Positions 19,999 to 31,070 of a stretch of DNA of 64,000 bases are shown in pieces (position 1 is the first letter of the stretch; every line of letters starts with the position of its first letter). The position numbers were made by a program, and so were the translations under genes. Below the pieces are notes generated by a model, which was given only the letters and a program-made list of their open reading frames with translations, made no database searches and had not been told where the DNA came from. This stretch comes from an uncultured Bacteroidales bacterium. GTDB lineage: Bacteria; Bacteroidota; Bacteroidia; Bacteroidales; Paludibacteraceae. The stretch lies in NCBI GenBank assembly GCA_902762355.1, contig CACWNR010000009.1, positions 290-64,289 on the forward strand. The letters run 5' to 3'.

Positions 19999-20026
19999 CA
20001 GCCGTTTTTGAGACAAGAGGTATTCT

Positions 20027-20755
20027 ATGATACAGATTTTAACGGCATTACTGCTGGGATTACTGACCATTTTAGACCCGTGTACGCTGATGACGAGTAT
20101 CACGGCCATCGGGTATATCGATAAGGAAATCAACAACAAACGGCTCGTGTTGACGAACGGTTTGATGTTCGTGCTGGGTAAGTTGGCGACCTACGTGCTG
20201 CTGAGTATTCCGTTCCTGATGGGCGCCCAGACAGAAGGAATACAGCACGTGCTGAGTCATTGGGGTGAGCCTATTCTAGCGGGCTTTATGCTGATCTGCG
20301 GTGTGGTACTGCTCTTTAGCGGTCACCATCATCACGAGCACGATCACGGGATCAGTAAATGGCTCAAAGAGACGGACAGCAAAGAGAGTTGGCTATGGTC
20401 GTTTATCCTCGGTATTTTCTTTGCGATCGCATTCTGTCCGCACCGACTCGTATATTTCTTGACGATGATCGATATCACGCTGACCTTGCCGAGCAGTTGG
20501 AACTGGTTAATGCCGATTGTGTTCGGTTTGGGAACAGGTCTGCCCATCATGCTGATTGCTTGGCTGGTTAGTTACAGCGCTGTCAGCATCGGTAATTTGA
20601 CCCAGAAGATGGGTACTTTCGAGAAATGGTTCCGGCATATCTGCGCAATATTGTTCCTGGTATTGGGCGTATATCTGACCATTCATTGCGTGATAGAGTA
20701 TCACGAACACGAACACGGTTGTTGCGACCATCCCCACTATGAGCTTCCGCTTTAA
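20027..20755 (+). CDS. DsbD_2/CcdA-like membrane protein with His-rich loops (putative metal or thiol transporter)
   Basis: Six hydrophobic helices, N-terminal DPC motif, GHHHHEHDHG loop and a C-terminal EYHEHEHGCCDHPH tail. Confidence 0.45.
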   Translation: MIQILTALLLGLLTILDPCTLMTSITAIGYIDKEINNKRLVLTNGLMFVLGKLATYVLLSIPFLMGAQTEGIQHVLSHWGEPILAGFMLICGVVLLFSGHHHHEHDHGISKWLKETDSKESWLWSFILGIFFAIAFCPHRLVYFLTMIDITLTLPSSWNWLMPIVFGLGTGLPIMLIAWLVSYSAVSIGNLTQKMGTFEKWFRHICAILFLVLGVYLTIHCVIEYHEHEHGCCDHPHYELPL

Positions 20756-21410
20756 GCAGTTCTTCATTGAGGACAGTAAATGCGCCATGAAGGTAGGAAC
20801 CGATGGCGTACTTCTTGGTGCGTGGGCGCCTACAGGTTCACGTATTCTCGATGTCGGAACGGGTAGCGGGTTGATTGCACGCATGTTGATGCAACGCTGT
20901 CCGGAAGCCGAAGTGGAAGGCATTGATATTGACGAAGCTGCAGTAGAGCAGGCATGTGAGAATGGGGTAAAGGCTTTTTGTGCGAGACTGCAAGAATGGC
21001 AGGGCATGTACGACCTCATCGTTTCTAACCCACCCTATTTTCAGAATAGTCTTAAGAACCCCGATGAGGGAAGAAAGACCGCACGACATACCGATACACT
21101 GAGTTATGCAGAACTGATTCATCACAGTACTAGATTATTGACCATGCACGGTCAATTAGCCCTTATCCTGCCTGCTGAAGCGGAGAACGAAGTACGGCAA
21201 CTGGCTGCTGCAGAGGACCTCTTCCTCACGCACGTTACGCGCGTATTTAGTAAGGAGTCGAAGCCGGCGAGGCGGGTATTACTTTGCTTTGCAAAATTGG
21301 AAATTAGAGATTGGAAATTGGAGAGTTTGGAAGACACCCTTGTTTTAGAAGACGAAAAAGGAGGCCGAAGCCTCCCTTATCAAAATCTCTGTCGCGATTT
21401 CTATCTTTGA
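20739..21410 (+). CDS. tRNA (adenine37-N6)-methyltransferase (TrmN6/YfiC-like)
   Basis: SAM motif ILDVGTGSGLIA, catalytic NPPY, FKQF N-terminus. 17-nt overlap with the upstream gene. Confidence 0.8.
   Translation: MSFRFKQFFIEDSKCAMKVGTDGVLLGAWAPTGSRILDVGTGSGLIARMLMQRCPEAEVEGIDIDEAAVEQACENGVKAFCARLQEWQGMYDLIVSNPPYFQNSLKNPDEGRKTARHTDTLSYAELIHHSTRLLTMHGQLALILPAEAENEVRQLAAAEDLFLTHVTRVFSKESKPARRVLLCFAKLEIRDWKLESLEDTLVLEDEKGGRSLPYQNLCRDFYL
21294..21328. repeat. tandem array, 7-mer AAATTGG x4-5, inside the methyltransferase CDS
   Basis: aaattgg aaattag agattgg aaattgg agagttt, encoding KLEIRDWKLESL. Confidence 0.75.
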
Positions 21411-22934
21411 TTATTTCGCTACATTAACTGCTCTAACCTCACGGATGACGGTCACCTTGACTTGTCCCGGATAGGTCATCTCGTCTTGGATACGTTTCGC
21501 GAGGTCGAACGAGAGCAGTTCAGTATCCTTATCGGAGATCTTGTCTGCGCCTACAATAACACGTAACTCACGACCGGCCTGGAGTGCGTACGTCTTCACT
21601 ACGCCCGGGAACGACATTGCGAGGTTCTCGAGGTCGTTCAAACGCTTCACATAACTCTCCACTATCTCACGACGGGCACCCGGACGGGCACCGGAGATAG
21701 CATCACACGCTTGTACGATCGGTGCGATAAGCGATTTCATCTCACACTCGTCATGGTGGGCACCGACGGCATTGCAGATATCAGGTTTCTCGCCGTATTT
21801 CTCACACAGTTTCATACCGAGCTCTGCGTGCGGCAGTTCGACATCGTCGTCCGACACCTTACCGATATCGTGCAACAGACCAGCCCGTTTGGCAGCCTTC
21901 ACGTTGAGTCCTAACTCGCCGGCCATTGCCGCACAGAGGTTAGCGGTCTCGCGGCTGTGTTGGAGCAAGTTCTGTCCGTAGGACGAACGGTATTTCATCT
22001 TACCTACCAGACGAATCAGTTCGGGATGCAAACCGTGAATACCAAGGTCGATAGTCGTACGTTTACCTACTTCAACGATCTCGTCTTCCACTTGTTTGGT
22101 CACTTTCGCAACCACCTCCTCGATACGTGCAGGGTGGATACGTCCGTCTTGAACGAGTTGGTGAAGCGCCAAACGCGCGATCTCACGACGTACAGGATCG
22201 TACGCAGAAAGGGTGATTGCTTCGGGGGTATCGTCTACGACGATCTCCACACCGGTAGCGGCCTCGAGTGCACGGATATTACGTCCTTCGCGACCGATGA
22301 TACGACCTTTGACTTCGTCATTCTCAATATGGAAGACAGATACAGTCGATTCAGCTGCGGTCTCGGAAGCCACACGCTGGATGGTCTGGATGATGATCTT
22401 CTTTGCCTCTTTGTTAGCCTCCAGACGGGCGTTGTCCATGATCTCATTGATGTACGACATCGCCGAAGTCTTGGCCTCGTCCTTGAGGGCTTCCACGAGT
22501 TGCTTTTTAGCCTCCTCAGCCGACATGCCGCTCAATTGCTCGAGTTGTTTTTCGGCCTGCTGATGCATTTTCTCTACTTCTTGCTGCTTATAGTCCAACG
22601 CCTGTTGACGCTGCTCTACCTGCTGCACTTTCTGATTTACTTCGTTGAGGGCTCGTTGTACATCTCCTTGACGCTGATTGAGCTGTTGCTCGCGTTGTTG
22701 CAAGCGTTGCTCTTGCTGCTGCAAGCGCTTGTCTTGCTCACGCACACTATTGTCGTGCTCCAACTTCAGGGCGATGAATTTCTCCTTAGCCTCAACAATC
22801 TTGTTTTTCTTCACCACTTCCGCCTCTTCGGTTGCTTTCCTTACCAGGTCAGCACCCATCAGACGAGCGATGAGGTAGTAGCCACCGGCTCCCACCAGGA
22901 GTCCGACTACTGCACAAATAATTGCTGTGATCAT
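21411..22934 (-). CDS. rny: ribonuclease Y
   Basis: N-terminal TM, coiled coil, KH domain ([12 protein letters not shown]), HD domain (HDIGK). Confidence 0.95.
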   Translation of the reverse strand: MITAIICAVVGLLVGAGGYYLIARLMGADLVRKATEEAEVVKKNKIVEAKEKFIALKLEHDNSVREQDKRLQQQEQRLQQREQQLNQRQGDVQRALNEVNQKVQQVEQRQQALDYKQQEVEKMHQQAEKQLEQLSGMSAEEAKKQLVEALKDEAKTSAMSYINEIMDNARLEANKEAKKIIIQTIQRVASETAAESTVSVFHIENDEVKGRIIGREGRNIRALEAATGVEIVVDDTPEAITLSAYDPVRREIARLALHQLVQDGRIHPARIEEVVAKVTKQVEDEIVEVGKRTTIDLGIHGLHPELIRLVGKMKYRSSYGQNLLQHSRETANLCAAMAGELGLNVKAAKRAGLLHDIGKVSDDDVELPHAELGMKLCEKYGEKPDICNAVGAHHDECEMKSLIAPIVQACDAISGARPGARREIVESYVKRLNDLENLAMSFPGVVKTYALQAGRELRVIVGADKISDKDTELLSFDLAKRIQDEMTYPGQVKVTVIREVRAVNVAK

Positions 22935-23221
22935 TTTGTTAGTTTTTCTGTTATTAATTGATTTAGCTCTTTGAGCTCTTTCTCTACGGGTGCGAGACTC
23001 TTCTCGCGGGCATCCGACTGCAGCGCCACCGCGATCTCAAGCGCCGTGTACATCCACAACTGCTCTGCCGAGGCATTCGGACGCAACTTGAGATAGTACT
23101 GATAACGCTTATTGAGCAACTCCGCCGCGAAACGATAGTTGGGTTCCTGATCGCGCGGTACATCGAGGCCCACCGTGTGGGCGTCGAGATGAAGGTTTAT
23201 ATGTTGCTTGTCGGACATCAT
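22931..23221 (-). CDS. zapA: cell division protein ZapA
   Basis: 96 aa located directly upstream of rny, as is typical in Bacteroidetes. ZapA-like N-terminus. Confidence 0.7.
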   Translation of the reverse strand: MMSDKQHINLHLDAHTVGLDVPRDQEPNYRFAAELLNKRYQYYLKLRPNASAEQLWMYTALEIAVALQSDAREKSLAPVEKELKELNQLITEKLTK

Positions 23222-23493
23222 TTCTTTAATGCGGCTATAGCGCGATCGACTTGGGCAATAAGGGCGTTAAGCCGTTTAGTGGCCTCTTCGCTGTTCTCCG
23301 CCGACGTCATCGAGTTAACGACTGCCAAACGACGGTTCTTCTGCTGCAACTCGACCAGTTCGCTATGCGTACGAATCAGTTCCTGCCGCTGACGCTCGTT
23401 GTCTTCACGTAATTGCGCATTCTCCCGCTGTAACGCTTCATAGCGTTCCAGAAGAAGGCGCACATTTTGCGAAAGATCATCTAAAGCCTGCAT
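23218..23493 (-). CDS. coiled-coil protein (ZapB-like)
   Basis: 91 aa, heptad-rich (LERYEALQRENAQLREDNERQRQEL), overlaps zapA. Confidence 0.45.
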   Translation of the reverse strand: MQALDDLSQNVRLLLERYEALQRENAQLREDNERQRQELIRTHSELVELQQKNRRLAVVNSMTSAENSEEATKRLNALIAQVDRAIAALKK

Positions 23494-24713
23494 CAGAAAC
23501 TATAGCCTACGCCTATACCGAGAATACCTTTGAACTGCACGCGCTCTTTTTCAACGGGATTACCGCCTTCCTCGGCAGCGATCAGCGTGCCCGGATAGTA
23601 CTTGAGGCTCGTTTGAAGCGTTACCTGCAGACATTTGAGGAACTGATAACTCAGCGCTACATCCCAGTCTACATCGAACATTCCGAAGAAACGGTTGTTG
23701 TTCGAATAATCGAAGTAATAGCCCGCTTGATTATAATCATCCCTGCCTTTACCGGGGTTGTTCTCCAGCCATTTCTCATACACATTGAATCCCTTGCCTT
23801 GGTACGGGGTGAAGAGAGCCAGCGTCGTGCTGAGCTTGAAATCCTTGTAGGCATATGCAATAGAGCCCTTGAAGCTTAAACCGAACTCCGCACGGGCATT
23901 ACGGTATAACTTGTCACCGTTCTCGTCATACTTGACCGTTCCGTGCTCATCCTGAAGCATACTGCGCAAGTCCAGATGTTTGTCCATCAGCTCCTGATAA
24001 ACAGCCTGTGTCCAGTCGGCTTCCGTCTGCGAGGTGTTGCCCTCTAACCACATCTGTTTGGTATAACGCTCGTTCCATGTATTCCCGGTGTATGCCGTGG
24101 TAATACGCCCCGCAATAGGCGACAGGTATACCGAGAAATCCGCACCCTTCACGCTGTGCTTGTAGTCAATACCGACAGAGATGTCGGTGTACGAAGGTGC
24201 CAGCCATTTTGAGACGATCGGGTTATAGCCGTCCTGATATTGACGACCCAGCGCATACTGGCTCTGGAACGAACCGAGAACAGTCAGGTAGAAATCCTTA
24301 TGGAACTCCCATCCGAATTTCGTAGCGAGTTTGATATTATCGCTGGATTTCTGGAACGGATCCTCTTTCTGCTGAATCCATGTCAATCCAAAATCGGTGT
24401 CGAAATTCGTCTCCCATGCAATCGCATCCTTATGATAAAGTAAATGCAACTTGGCATATGCTATACCGTTCACATTATTCTTACCGCCGGCTGTCCAGTT
24501 CACGAGCCCTGTGGCAGCGGCGTTAAGGCCGACAATGCCATCAAACTTCCAGGCTTTCTCACCCGCTTCAAGTTTCTTCAGATCGTCACCTGCTTTAGCA
24601 GCTGCATCCGCGTTCTTGGTTACTTTGGCTTTATCCACCTCTTGCGCGGTCATTGTGAGCGCTGCCAAAAGGCATAACGCTACAGATAAAAATTTCTTTT
24701 GCATTGTATTCAA
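23493..24713 (-). CDS. DUF3078-like outer membrane beta-barrel protein
   Basis: Signal peptide, NWTAGGKNN motif, C-terminal ..GVGYSF. Confidence 0.6.
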   Translation of the reverse strand: MNTMQKKFLSVALCLLAALTMTAQEVDKAKVTKNADAAAKAGDDLKKLEAGEKAWKFDGIVGLNAAATGLVNWTAGGKNNVNGIAYAKLHLLYHKDAIAWETNFDTDFGLTWIQQKEDPFQKSSDNIKLATKFGWEFHKDFYLTVLGSFQSQYALGRQYQDGYNPIVSKWLAPSYTDISVGIDYKHSVKGADFSVYLSPIAGRITTAYTGNTWNERYTKQMWLEGNTSQTEADWTQAVYQELMDKHLDLRSMLQDEHGTVKYDENGDKLYRNARAEFGLSFKGSIAYAYKDFKLSTTLALFTPYQGKGFNVYEKWLENNPGKGRDDYNQAGYYFDYSNNNRFFGMFDVDWDVALSYQFLKCLQVTLQTSLKYYPGTLIAAEEGGNPVEKERVQFKGILGIGVGYSF

Positions 24714-24762
24714 TAAAATTGTTTGTTATACGTTTGTTGTTCGGTTTTCTAAAAAAACCGCA

Positions 24763-24770
24763 CAAAGGTA
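24763..24770 (-). promoter_or_regulatory. -7 box TACCTTTG
   Basis: Minus-strand GTACCTTTGTGCGG about 50 nt upstream of the ATG at 24713. Confidence 0.5.
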
Positions 24771-24887
24771 CTAAAAAAAAATCATATACGCAAATAAATA
24801 ATGTACGCGCGCGAAAAAATTTGCCATTTGTGTCAATTTTTACACATTTTTTTTGAATATCTGCACATACATGTGCAAAAAAAGCAG

Positions 24888-24895
24888 TAATTTTG
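24888..24895 (+). promoter_or_regulatory. -7 box TAATTTTG
   Basis: GCAGTAATTTTGCAGCG about 60 nt upstream of the ATG at 24954. Confidence 0.55.
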
Positions 24896-24953
24896 CAGCG
24901 TGATTTAATATCCCCTAATGTGGGCATATAAACGAAACTAAAAATACACAAAT

Positions 24954-27900
24954 ATGAGAAACATTAGATTGTTTACGTTAGCAATTGCTTTACTTTGTAC
25001 TTACAGCGTATTTGCTGCAACAGAGAAAAACCCCGTACCATCCAATTCTGATGTAGTTATTACCGGCACCAGTTATTCTATCCCTTCGACCTATGTTGCA
25101 GGAGCTGGAACTATGGTGTCTCCGATGGCAACAAAAGGCGTAAAGTTTCGTGCCAACCGCAATGCCTCCGGAGTAACTAATGGTGTTGAATTTACTGTCA
25201 CTTCCGGCTACACTATTTCGAGCATAGAATTCTGTGGTACAACCAATGATAACACGGCAACAGGCAGTGTTACTGGAGTATATATTGACGGGACCGACGA
25301 TGCTCATAAGTTGGCAAATACTCCCACCGTTACCATCCCCAACAAGAAAGCATCATCCGCTGCTACATTTACCATTAGCGGATTTAGTGCTACGCAAAAA
25401 GTCATTGTTGCGTTTAGTGGTGCCAACCAAATCAATTTGGAATACACCGTAACGTATTCTACCGGCGGTGGTGAAGAGCAGACAGAGGTTGCTGTAACGG
25501 GTGTTTCTCTCAATAAAACATCGACGACTATCGACGTGGGTAATTCAGAGACTTTGACGGCTACGGTGTCGCCCTCCGATGCTACCGATAAAAGTCTGAC
25601 TTGGACGACAAGTAACTCAGCCGTAGCAACCGTCAATAACGGTGTTGTCACTGCTGTTGCGGCCGGTACTGCAACGATTACCGCCAAATCGAATGCGGAT
25701 AACACGAAGTCTGCTTCTTGCACGGTGACAGTACCTACTCCTTCTTCGGATCCGGTGGCAGTAACAGGTGTCACCTTAAGCAAAACGGCTACTTCGCTCA
25801 ATGTAGGTGCTACGGAGACCTTAACTGCTACCGTTCAGCCAGCTAACGCTACAAATAAAGCGGTAAACTGGAGTAGTGACGCTCCCACAGTAGCAACGGT
25901 TTCCAATGGAACGATCACCGGTGTTAGTGCAGGTACGGCCCATATCACCGTCACAACGGTGGACGGCAACTTCTCTGAACAATGTACAGTAGCCGTTTCT
26001 GCTGCTTCAACGAATGTTGAAACTACTTTGGATTTACATGAGCCCGGCTTATACGAAGCAGATGAATTTGAAGGCGGATACGGACTTGCCTTAGCAACAT
26101 TGACCGAAGATAACGTAACTCGTGAATATGAGGTTTATTATCTATCCAACAACAATGGAGATTTCATCTCTGCCGGAAATCCGCAATATGACATTGATAA
26201 ATCACAAGCTCCCGGACATAAATTAGCGTCAGGCAATGGTGGTAGTGTAGATGCCGGTTGGGTTAAGACAATTGGCAGTGGTAACTTCACCAGCAAGGCA
26301 CCATTGAATATGGGCGAATTCCAGGCTGCAAATAGTAACTATATGAACATTAATGAGACCCACTATATTGAATTGCACATCAAAGGTTTCGATCAATTCT
26401 CTATGATTGCCAATGATAAAAGTACCGTTCAACCAAATAAAACGGGGCAGGACAATAAAGCGGGTGAACACTTGAAAATTTTTATTGATGACACCCCGCT
26501 TGAACGCGAAGCGTCAGATATGAAGACCGAGGATCCGTCCCTCTTCCGCTTCCCCATTTCCACAGGAGAGCACGTTATTAAGATTGCCGGTACAGGAAGT
26601 ACCAATAACCGTTTCCGTGCCTTCTCTCTCCGCGTAGCGCAAGAGCCGAGAACGAAATACGTTGATGGTAACGACAGTACACAGGAAGTACTGCAAACCA
26701 CAGCGCCGCAAGCGGTTTATTATTATACGAAGTATAATAGCCTTGGTGAGACACGTCTGGACTGGGATGGTGCACAAGGAACAGGCTTTACGTTGGAGAC
26801 CGTGGGTTCAAGTAAGGTAGGCGATACCTTGGCTTTGGGAGGAACGGCGCAATGCCCCGTAGGAGAGTATCATTATTTCGTAAAAACCTATTTCAACGGT
26901 GTAGAGACCAGTAGCGTACCGGGTAAGATCAAGGTAACATCGCTGATCAAGCCTAAAGGTGCAACAAGATGCGAGGCATACCAGAACGAGGCCATCGATG
27001 ATATCCGCTTCACCTACTATGCGCTCTCAGGAGATGATATCACGTTGACTTGGGAGAACAACAAGATTCCGGCAGGTATCAGCGGACACGGCGCTAACGG
27101 TACCTATATTATTTCCGGTACTCCGACTCAGGTAGATACGTTCGTTTATACCATTTCCGTTTTAGGCGGCAACAGCATATCCGATACCCTCTTTGTAGAT
27201 AAGTTGGATCTGGGTAACGATCCTATTCTGTACCTTTACAAGAACGATGGTGCCAAAGCAAAGGACGGTACCTACAAGTACCTGACTTCAGCTGGAGGCG
27301 GAAATAAGAATCTCGTTGCCCGCAAAGCAAAAGCAGATGGTAAGCGTTCAACAGACCAATACAGCAAGTATAAATGGATTTTGATCTCCGAAGATGTCGA
27401 TGCCAACAATGAAGAAGTATTGGCAATTGCCCGCGGAGAGGTGGATCTTCCCGTCCTCAACATGAAGTCCTTCACCTACGCTCCGGGTCGTTTGAACTGG
27501 GGAGAACCGGATAATGGTTCGTTGACAGATAGAGGTCGTTTCATTACCGTTTATCGCGATGACCACCCGATCTTCCAAGCGCTGAACAAGCATAAAGGCG
27601 ATAGTATCATGGTTCTGGATCCGGTGGAAGGCAAGGGTCTGATGCCTATTGATATCAATTATGGCGGTGTCTGTCTGGCAACTGCTTTGACCCGTGATAT
27701 CGACGACTACTACGGTGACGGCCCGGAAAGAACCATTATGCACGAGGTAGAGCGTTTGAACGGCAAGAAATACATCTGCTTCCCGATCGGTATGGAAGGC
27801 AGCAACCACTTGACCGCCGACGGCAAGAGACTGCTTAATCAAACGATCACCTACCTGCTCAGCAACGATGCTACGATTAAGGCTCCTTCGCTGGCTATTA

Positions 27901-28319
27901 CGCAATTCCGCATAGGTTCGTACGATGGTGTTATTGATGACGAGAACAGTGTCATCACACTCAATGTAAAGGAAGAGGATAGCGAACTGATGAAGGCTGC
28001 TGAACCGGTGATTACACTGGCAAGTCCCATGACGTTTGTTACGCCGAACTCCGGTGAAGCGGTGAACTTCATAGAAGCGCCCTACGGTATTCGTTATACC
28101 GTCAGCGATTACGTCACCAAGCGCAATTACAATGTGATCGTTCGTCTCTATAACCCGCAAGGCATCGACAATATCGAGGTGGGTACGTGGTTGAACATCT
28201 TTGATGTATATGGTCGCAAGGTAGCTACCACGAATCAAGACATCCGCACAATGGATCTGCCGCACGGCATGTATATCGTCGTTACGGAGAGTGGTCAAAC
28301 GATTAAGATAATGCGATAA
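24954..28319 (+). CDS. large secreted Big_2 (bacterial Ig-like) domain protein with T9SS C-terminal sorting domain
   Basis: Signal peptide, two tandem Big_2 repeats ([13 protein letters not shown] / [13 protein letters not shown]), C-terminal ..[33 protein letters not shown] Por-tail pattern. Confidence 0.8.
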   Translation: MRNIRLFTLAIALLCTYSVFAATEKNPVPSNSDVVITGTSYSIPSTYVAGAGTMVSPMATKGVKFRANRNASGVTNGVEFTVTSGYTISSIEFCGTTNDNTATGSVTGVYIDGTDDAHKLANTPTVTIPNKKASSAATFTISGFSATQKVIVAFSGANQINLEYTVTYSTGGGEEQTEVAVTGVSLNKTSTTIDVGNSETLTATVSPSDATDKSLTWTTSNSAVATVNNGVVTAVAAGTATITAKSNADNTKSASCTVTVPTPSSDPVAVTGVTLSKTATSLNVGATETLTATVQPANATNKAVNWSSDAPTVATVSNGTITGVSAGTAHITVTTVDGNFSEQCTVAVSAASTNVETTLDLHEPGLYEADEFEGGYGLALATLTEDNVTREYEVYYLSNNNGDFISAGNPQYDIDKSQAPGHKLASGNGGSVDAGWVKTIGSGNFTSKAPLNMGEFQAANSNYMNINETHYIELHIKGFDQFSMIANDKSTVQPNKTGQDNKAGEHLKIFIDDTPLEREASDMKTEDPSLFRFPISTGEHVIKIAGTGSTNNRFRAFSLRVAQEPRTKYVDGNDSTQEVLQTTAPQAVYYYTKYNSLGETRLDWDGAQGTGFTLETVGSSKVGDTLALGGTAQCPVGEYHYFVKTYFNGVETSSVPGKIKVTSLIKPKGATRCEAYQNEAIDDIRFTYYALSGDDITLTWENNKIPAGISGHGANGTYIISGTPTQVDTFVYTISVLGGNSISDTLFVDKLDLGNDPILYLYKNDGAKAKDGTYKYLTSAGGGNKNLVARKAKADGKRSTDQYSKYKWILISEDVDANNEEVLAIARGEVDLPVLNMKSFTYAPGRLNWGEPDNGSLTDRGRFITVYRDDHPIFQALNKHKGDSIMVLDPVEGKGLMPIDINYGGVCLATALTRDIDDYYGDGPERTIMHEVERLNGKKYICFPIGMEGSNHLTADGKRLLNQTITYLLSNDATIKAPSLAITQFRIGSYDGVIDDENSVITLNVKEEDSELMKAAEPVITLASPMTFVTPNSGEAVNFIEAPYGIRYTVSDYVTKRNYNVIVRLYNPQGIDNIEVGTWLNIFDVYGRKVATTNQDIRTMDLPHGMYIVVTESGQTIKIMR
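25488..25997 (+). repeat. tandem duplication encoding two Big_2 domains
   Basis: aa 179-260 and 268-348 of the 1121-aa protein are clear paralogous repeats. Confidence 0.8.
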
Positions 28320-28322
28320 TGC
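28307..28322. repeat. 8-mer GATAATGC x2 spanning the stop/start overlap
   Basis: gataatgc gataatgc. The second copy carries the TAATG stop-start overlap of the Big_2 gene and queF. Confidence 0.7.
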
Positions 28323-28795
28323 GTACAGAGAAAGAATTGGAAGGCGTGACGCTCTTGGGTAACCAAGGCACACACTACAGCGATAACTACAACCCGGAGG
28401 TACTCGAGACCTTCGAGAACAAACACCCGGAGAACGAGTATCTGGTGACCTTCAATTGTCCTGAGTTCACGACCCTGTGTCCCAAGACCGGACAACCGGA
28501 TTTCGGGCATATCTATATCAGCTATATCCCGCGGGAACGGATGGTGGAGAGCAAGAGCCTCAAACTCTACCTCTTCTCCTTCCGCAATCACGGCGATTTT
28601 CACGAGGACTGCGTGAATATTATCATGAAGGATCTTGTCAAACTGATGGATCCCAAGTATCTCGAGGTCACCGGTTGGTTCATGCCCCGCGGCGGAATCA
28701 GCATCTATCCTTTCGCCAACTACGCAGACAAAGAGCACGAACAACTCAAGCAACAACGTCTGCGCGAGCAGTTTACGCTAAACATTAAACACTAA
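28319..28795 (+). CDS. queF: NADPH-dependent 7-cyano-7-deazaguanine reductase
   Basis: Type I QueF: [11 protein letters not shown] catalytic Cys region, [18 protein letters not shown]. Confidence 0.93.
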   Translation: MRTEKELEGVTLLGNQGTHYSDNYNPEVLETFENKHPENEYLVTFNCPEFTTLCPKTGQPDFGHIYISYIPRERMVESKSLKLYLFSFRNHGDFHEDCVNIIMKDLVKLMDPKYLEVTGWFMPRGGISIYPFANYADKEHEQLKQQRLREQFTLNIKH

Positions 28796-28808
28796 ACCTT
28801 CAACATTA

Positions 28809-29462
28809 ATGAAAGATAGTCTGATCGTTCTTTCCGGTGGTCTGGACTCGACCACGATGCTCTACGAGTATCAGTATCGTATCGGCATGGCGGTGTCGTT
28901 TCACTACGGCTCCAACCATAACGACCGCGAATTGGAATTCGCCAAGATGCATTGCGAACGACTCGGCATTCCTCATCTGGTCATTCGTTTGCCCTTCATC
29001 AAGCAGTTCTTTAAGTCTTCGCTCTTAGAAGGCGCAGACGCTATTCCCGAAGGCAATTATGACGATGAGAACATGAAATCAACCGTCGTTCCGTTCCGTA
29101 ACGGAATCATGTTGTCGATTGCCGCCGGTATCGCAGAGAACAATAAGATGCAGTATATCATGTTGGCCAACCATGCCGGTGACCACACAATCTACCCGGA
29201 TTGCCGACCGGAGTTCGTGGAGGCCATGAATAATGCCGTTCATTTCGGTACATGGAACGGCGTACAACTACTGACGCCGTATACCCACCTCACGAAGGCA
29301 GAGATAGCCGCAAAAGGCAAAGACCTCAACCTCGACTATTCCGAGACCTGGAGCTGCTACAAAGGAGGAGAACACCACTGCGGTGTGTGCGGCACGTGTC
29401 GCGAGCGCAAAGAGGCATTAGCACAGGCCGGCATAAAGGATACAACAATCTATGATTGTTAA
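28809..29462 (+). CDS. queC: 7-cyano-7-deazaguanine synthase
   Basis: SGGLDSTT PP-loop, C-terminal zinc cluster CGVCGTCRERKEA. Confidence 0.93.
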   Translation: MKDSLIVLSGGLDSTTMLYEYQYRIGMAVSFHYGSNHNDRELEFAKMHCERLGIPHLVIRLPFIKQFFKSSLLEGADAIPEGNYDDENMKSTVVPFRNGIMLSIAAGIAENNKMQYIMLANHAGDHTIYPDCRPEFVEAMNNAVHFGTWNGVQLLTPYTHLTKAEIAAKGKDLNLDYSETWSCYKGGEHHCGVCGTCRERKEALAQAGIKDTTIYDC

Positions 29463-29484
29463 TTGGTAATTGTTAATTGCTTAT
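29457..29484. repeat. tandem array, 7-mer TTGNTAA x4
   Basis: ttgttaa ttggtaa ttgttaa ttgctta between the queC stop and the queD ATG. Confidence 0.8.
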
Positions 29485-29488
29485 TGGG

Positions 29489-29821
29489 ATGTATTACGTA
29501 GAAAAACGAATAGAGATATCGGCGGCGCATAACTTAATGCTGTCGTACGAGAGCAAGTGCGAGAACCTGCATGGCCACAACTGGATCATCGTGGTGTATT
29601 GCCGCGCCAAAGAACTGAACGCGGATGGCATGGTGACCGACTTCACGCATATAAAGAAAGTAGTAAAGAACACTTTCGATCACAAATACATCAACGAGAT
29701 ACTGGACGTCAACCCGTCGGCGGAGAACATCGCACGCTGGATCTGCGACCATGTAGAGAACTGCTACAAAGTGAGCGTTCAGGAGAGCGAAGGAAATACC
29801 GCTATTTACGAGAAAGACTAG
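29489..29821 (+). CDS. queD: 6-carboxytetrahydropterin synthase
   Basis: PTPS fold motifs: SAAH, CENLHGHNW, FDHKYIN. The ATG at 29489 is preferred over the TTG at 29477. Confidence 0.9.
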   Translation: MYYVEKRIEISAAHNLMLSYESKCENLHGHNWIIVVYCRAKELNADGMVTDFTHIKKVVKNTFDHKYINEILDVNPSAENIARWICDHVENCYKVSVQESEGNTAIYEKD

Positions 29822-29850
29822 AACTCTAGAATTCTAGATTTCTAGATATC
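29818..29850. repeat. tandem array, 8-mer CTAGANNT x4
   Basis: ctagaact ctagaatt ctagattt ctagatat between the queD stop and the queE ATG. Confidence 0.85.
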
Positions 29851-29855
29851 TGGTA

Positions 29856-30479
29856 ATGTATAAAGTTAACGAAATATTCTTTACCTTGCAGGGCGAGGGA
29901 GCACACAGCGGGATTCCTGCTGTGTTTGTTCGTTTTAGCGGTTGTAACCTCAAATGTCCGTGGTGTGACACGGAGTTTGCGGACTACACGGAGATGACGG
30001 CGGAGCAGATTGTGAAGGAGATGCTACATCTGTATGACGTACCCAACGAGCGCCGTAAGATGTGTGTGCTCACGGGCGGTGAACCGAGTCTGCAGGTGGA
30101 TAAAGAACTGATCGACGCACTCCATCAAGCGGGATTCTATATCTGTATTGAGACCAACGGCACACGTCCCCTACCCGACGGCATCGATTGGATCACCTGT
30201 TCGCCCAAAGAGGGCACGAAGCTCGCGCTAAAGAAAGTTAATGAAGTAAAGGTTGTCTTTACCGGCACGTACGATCCGGAGATCTGGCGCAAAAAATTAG
30301 AGGCGGAGCACTGGATGCTCCAACCTCTACGGTATAACGGCGAGTGGTTGCTGATCAGCGGAATAGACGATTTCGAGATCGACAGCAACGATAACTTGGA
30401 CGACACCGTTCGCTACATCCTCGCCCATCCTTTCTGGCGACTCAGCGTACAACTACATAAAATAGCAGGCCTCCGATAA
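29856..30479 (+). CDS. queE: 7-carboxy-7-deazaguanine synthase (radical SAM)
   Basis: F.TLQGEG, CNLKCPWCDT cluster motif. Confidence 0.9.
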   Translation: MYKVNEIFFTLQGEGAHSGIPAVFVRFSGCNLKCPWCDTEFADYTEMTAEQIVKEMLHLYDVPNERRKMCVLTGGEPSLQVDKELIDALHQAGFYICIETNGTRPLPDGIDWITCSPKEGTKLALKKVNEVKVVFTGTYDPEIWRKKLEAEHWMLQPLRYNGEWLLISGIDDFEIDSNDNLDDTVRYILAHPFWRLSVQLHKIAGLR

Positions 30480-30497
30480 GAAGCCTGCTATTATTTT
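30463..30497. terminator. bidirectional hairpin terminator between queE and the DJ-1 gene
   Basis: TAGCAGGC-12 nt-GCCTGCTA followed by TTATTTTT. The stem overlaps the queE stop. Confidence 0.65.
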
Positions 30498-30510
30498 TCA
30501 CTTCTCGCCA

Positions 30511-31038
30511 TTAATACTGCGCTGCATCGTAAACGGCATCAGCGGCATCAGAGCCTTTAATATGCTCGATGATACAGAAGGCGAAGTCGGAACTCAGACC
30601 GGGACCCTTCGCGGTGATAATATTCTTCGATTCAACCACCAGACCACCTACATAACTCTCGCCCAGAGCATCCTGGAAGCCCGGATAGCAAGTAGCCTGT
30701 TTGCCTTTGAGGATGCCGAGTTTACCGAGCACTGCCGGCGCTGCACAAATAGCCGAGATGGGTTTGTCGGCCTCGTTATGCGCTACTAACAAATCACACA
30801 ATGCGGAGCACTCACCGAGTTTCGTTTGTCCGCCCGGGAGAATGAGCATCTCAGCGTCCGAGAAATCGATACGCTCGATCAAGCCATCGGCCTCGACTGC
30901 GATGTTATGTGCACCGAGAACCATTGGATTGCCCGTTATGGAGACTGTTGTCACCGCGATGTTCGCGCGGCGTAATAAATCGATAGTCGTGATTGCTTCG
31001 ATTTCTTCGAAACCATTGTCTAAAAATAGATAATTCAT
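30511..31038 (-). CDS. DJ-1/PfpI family protein
   Basis: 175 aa, nucleophile elbow AICAAP, ThiJ/DJ-1 layout. Confidence 0.85.
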   Translation of the reverse strand: MNYLFLDNGFEEIEAITTIDLLRRANIAVTTVSITGNPMVLGAHNIAVEADGLIERIDFSDAEMLILPGGQTKLGECSALCDLLVAHNEADKPISAICAAPAVLGKLGILKGKQATCYPGFQDALGESYVGGLVVESKNIITAKGPGLSSDFAFCIIEHIKGSDAADAVYDAAQY

Positions 31039-31042
31039 AAAT

Positions 31043-31070
31043 CGATTAGCGATTAGTAATTAACGATTAG
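31043..31070. repeat. tandem array, 7-mer CGATTAG x4
   Basis: cgattag cgattag taattaa cgattag between the tonB stop and the DJ-1 start. Confidence 0.8.

Noticed and set aside
28250-28330. preQ1 riboswitch upstream of queF
   Set aside because: There is no leader, because the queF ATG overlaps the stop codon of the preceding gene.
27348-28373. 341-aa minus-strand ORF (also 47717..48616 and 57326..58429)
   Set aside because: These are shadow ORFs opposite the Big_2/T9SS gene, the lipid kinase gene and the lipase-like gene respectively.
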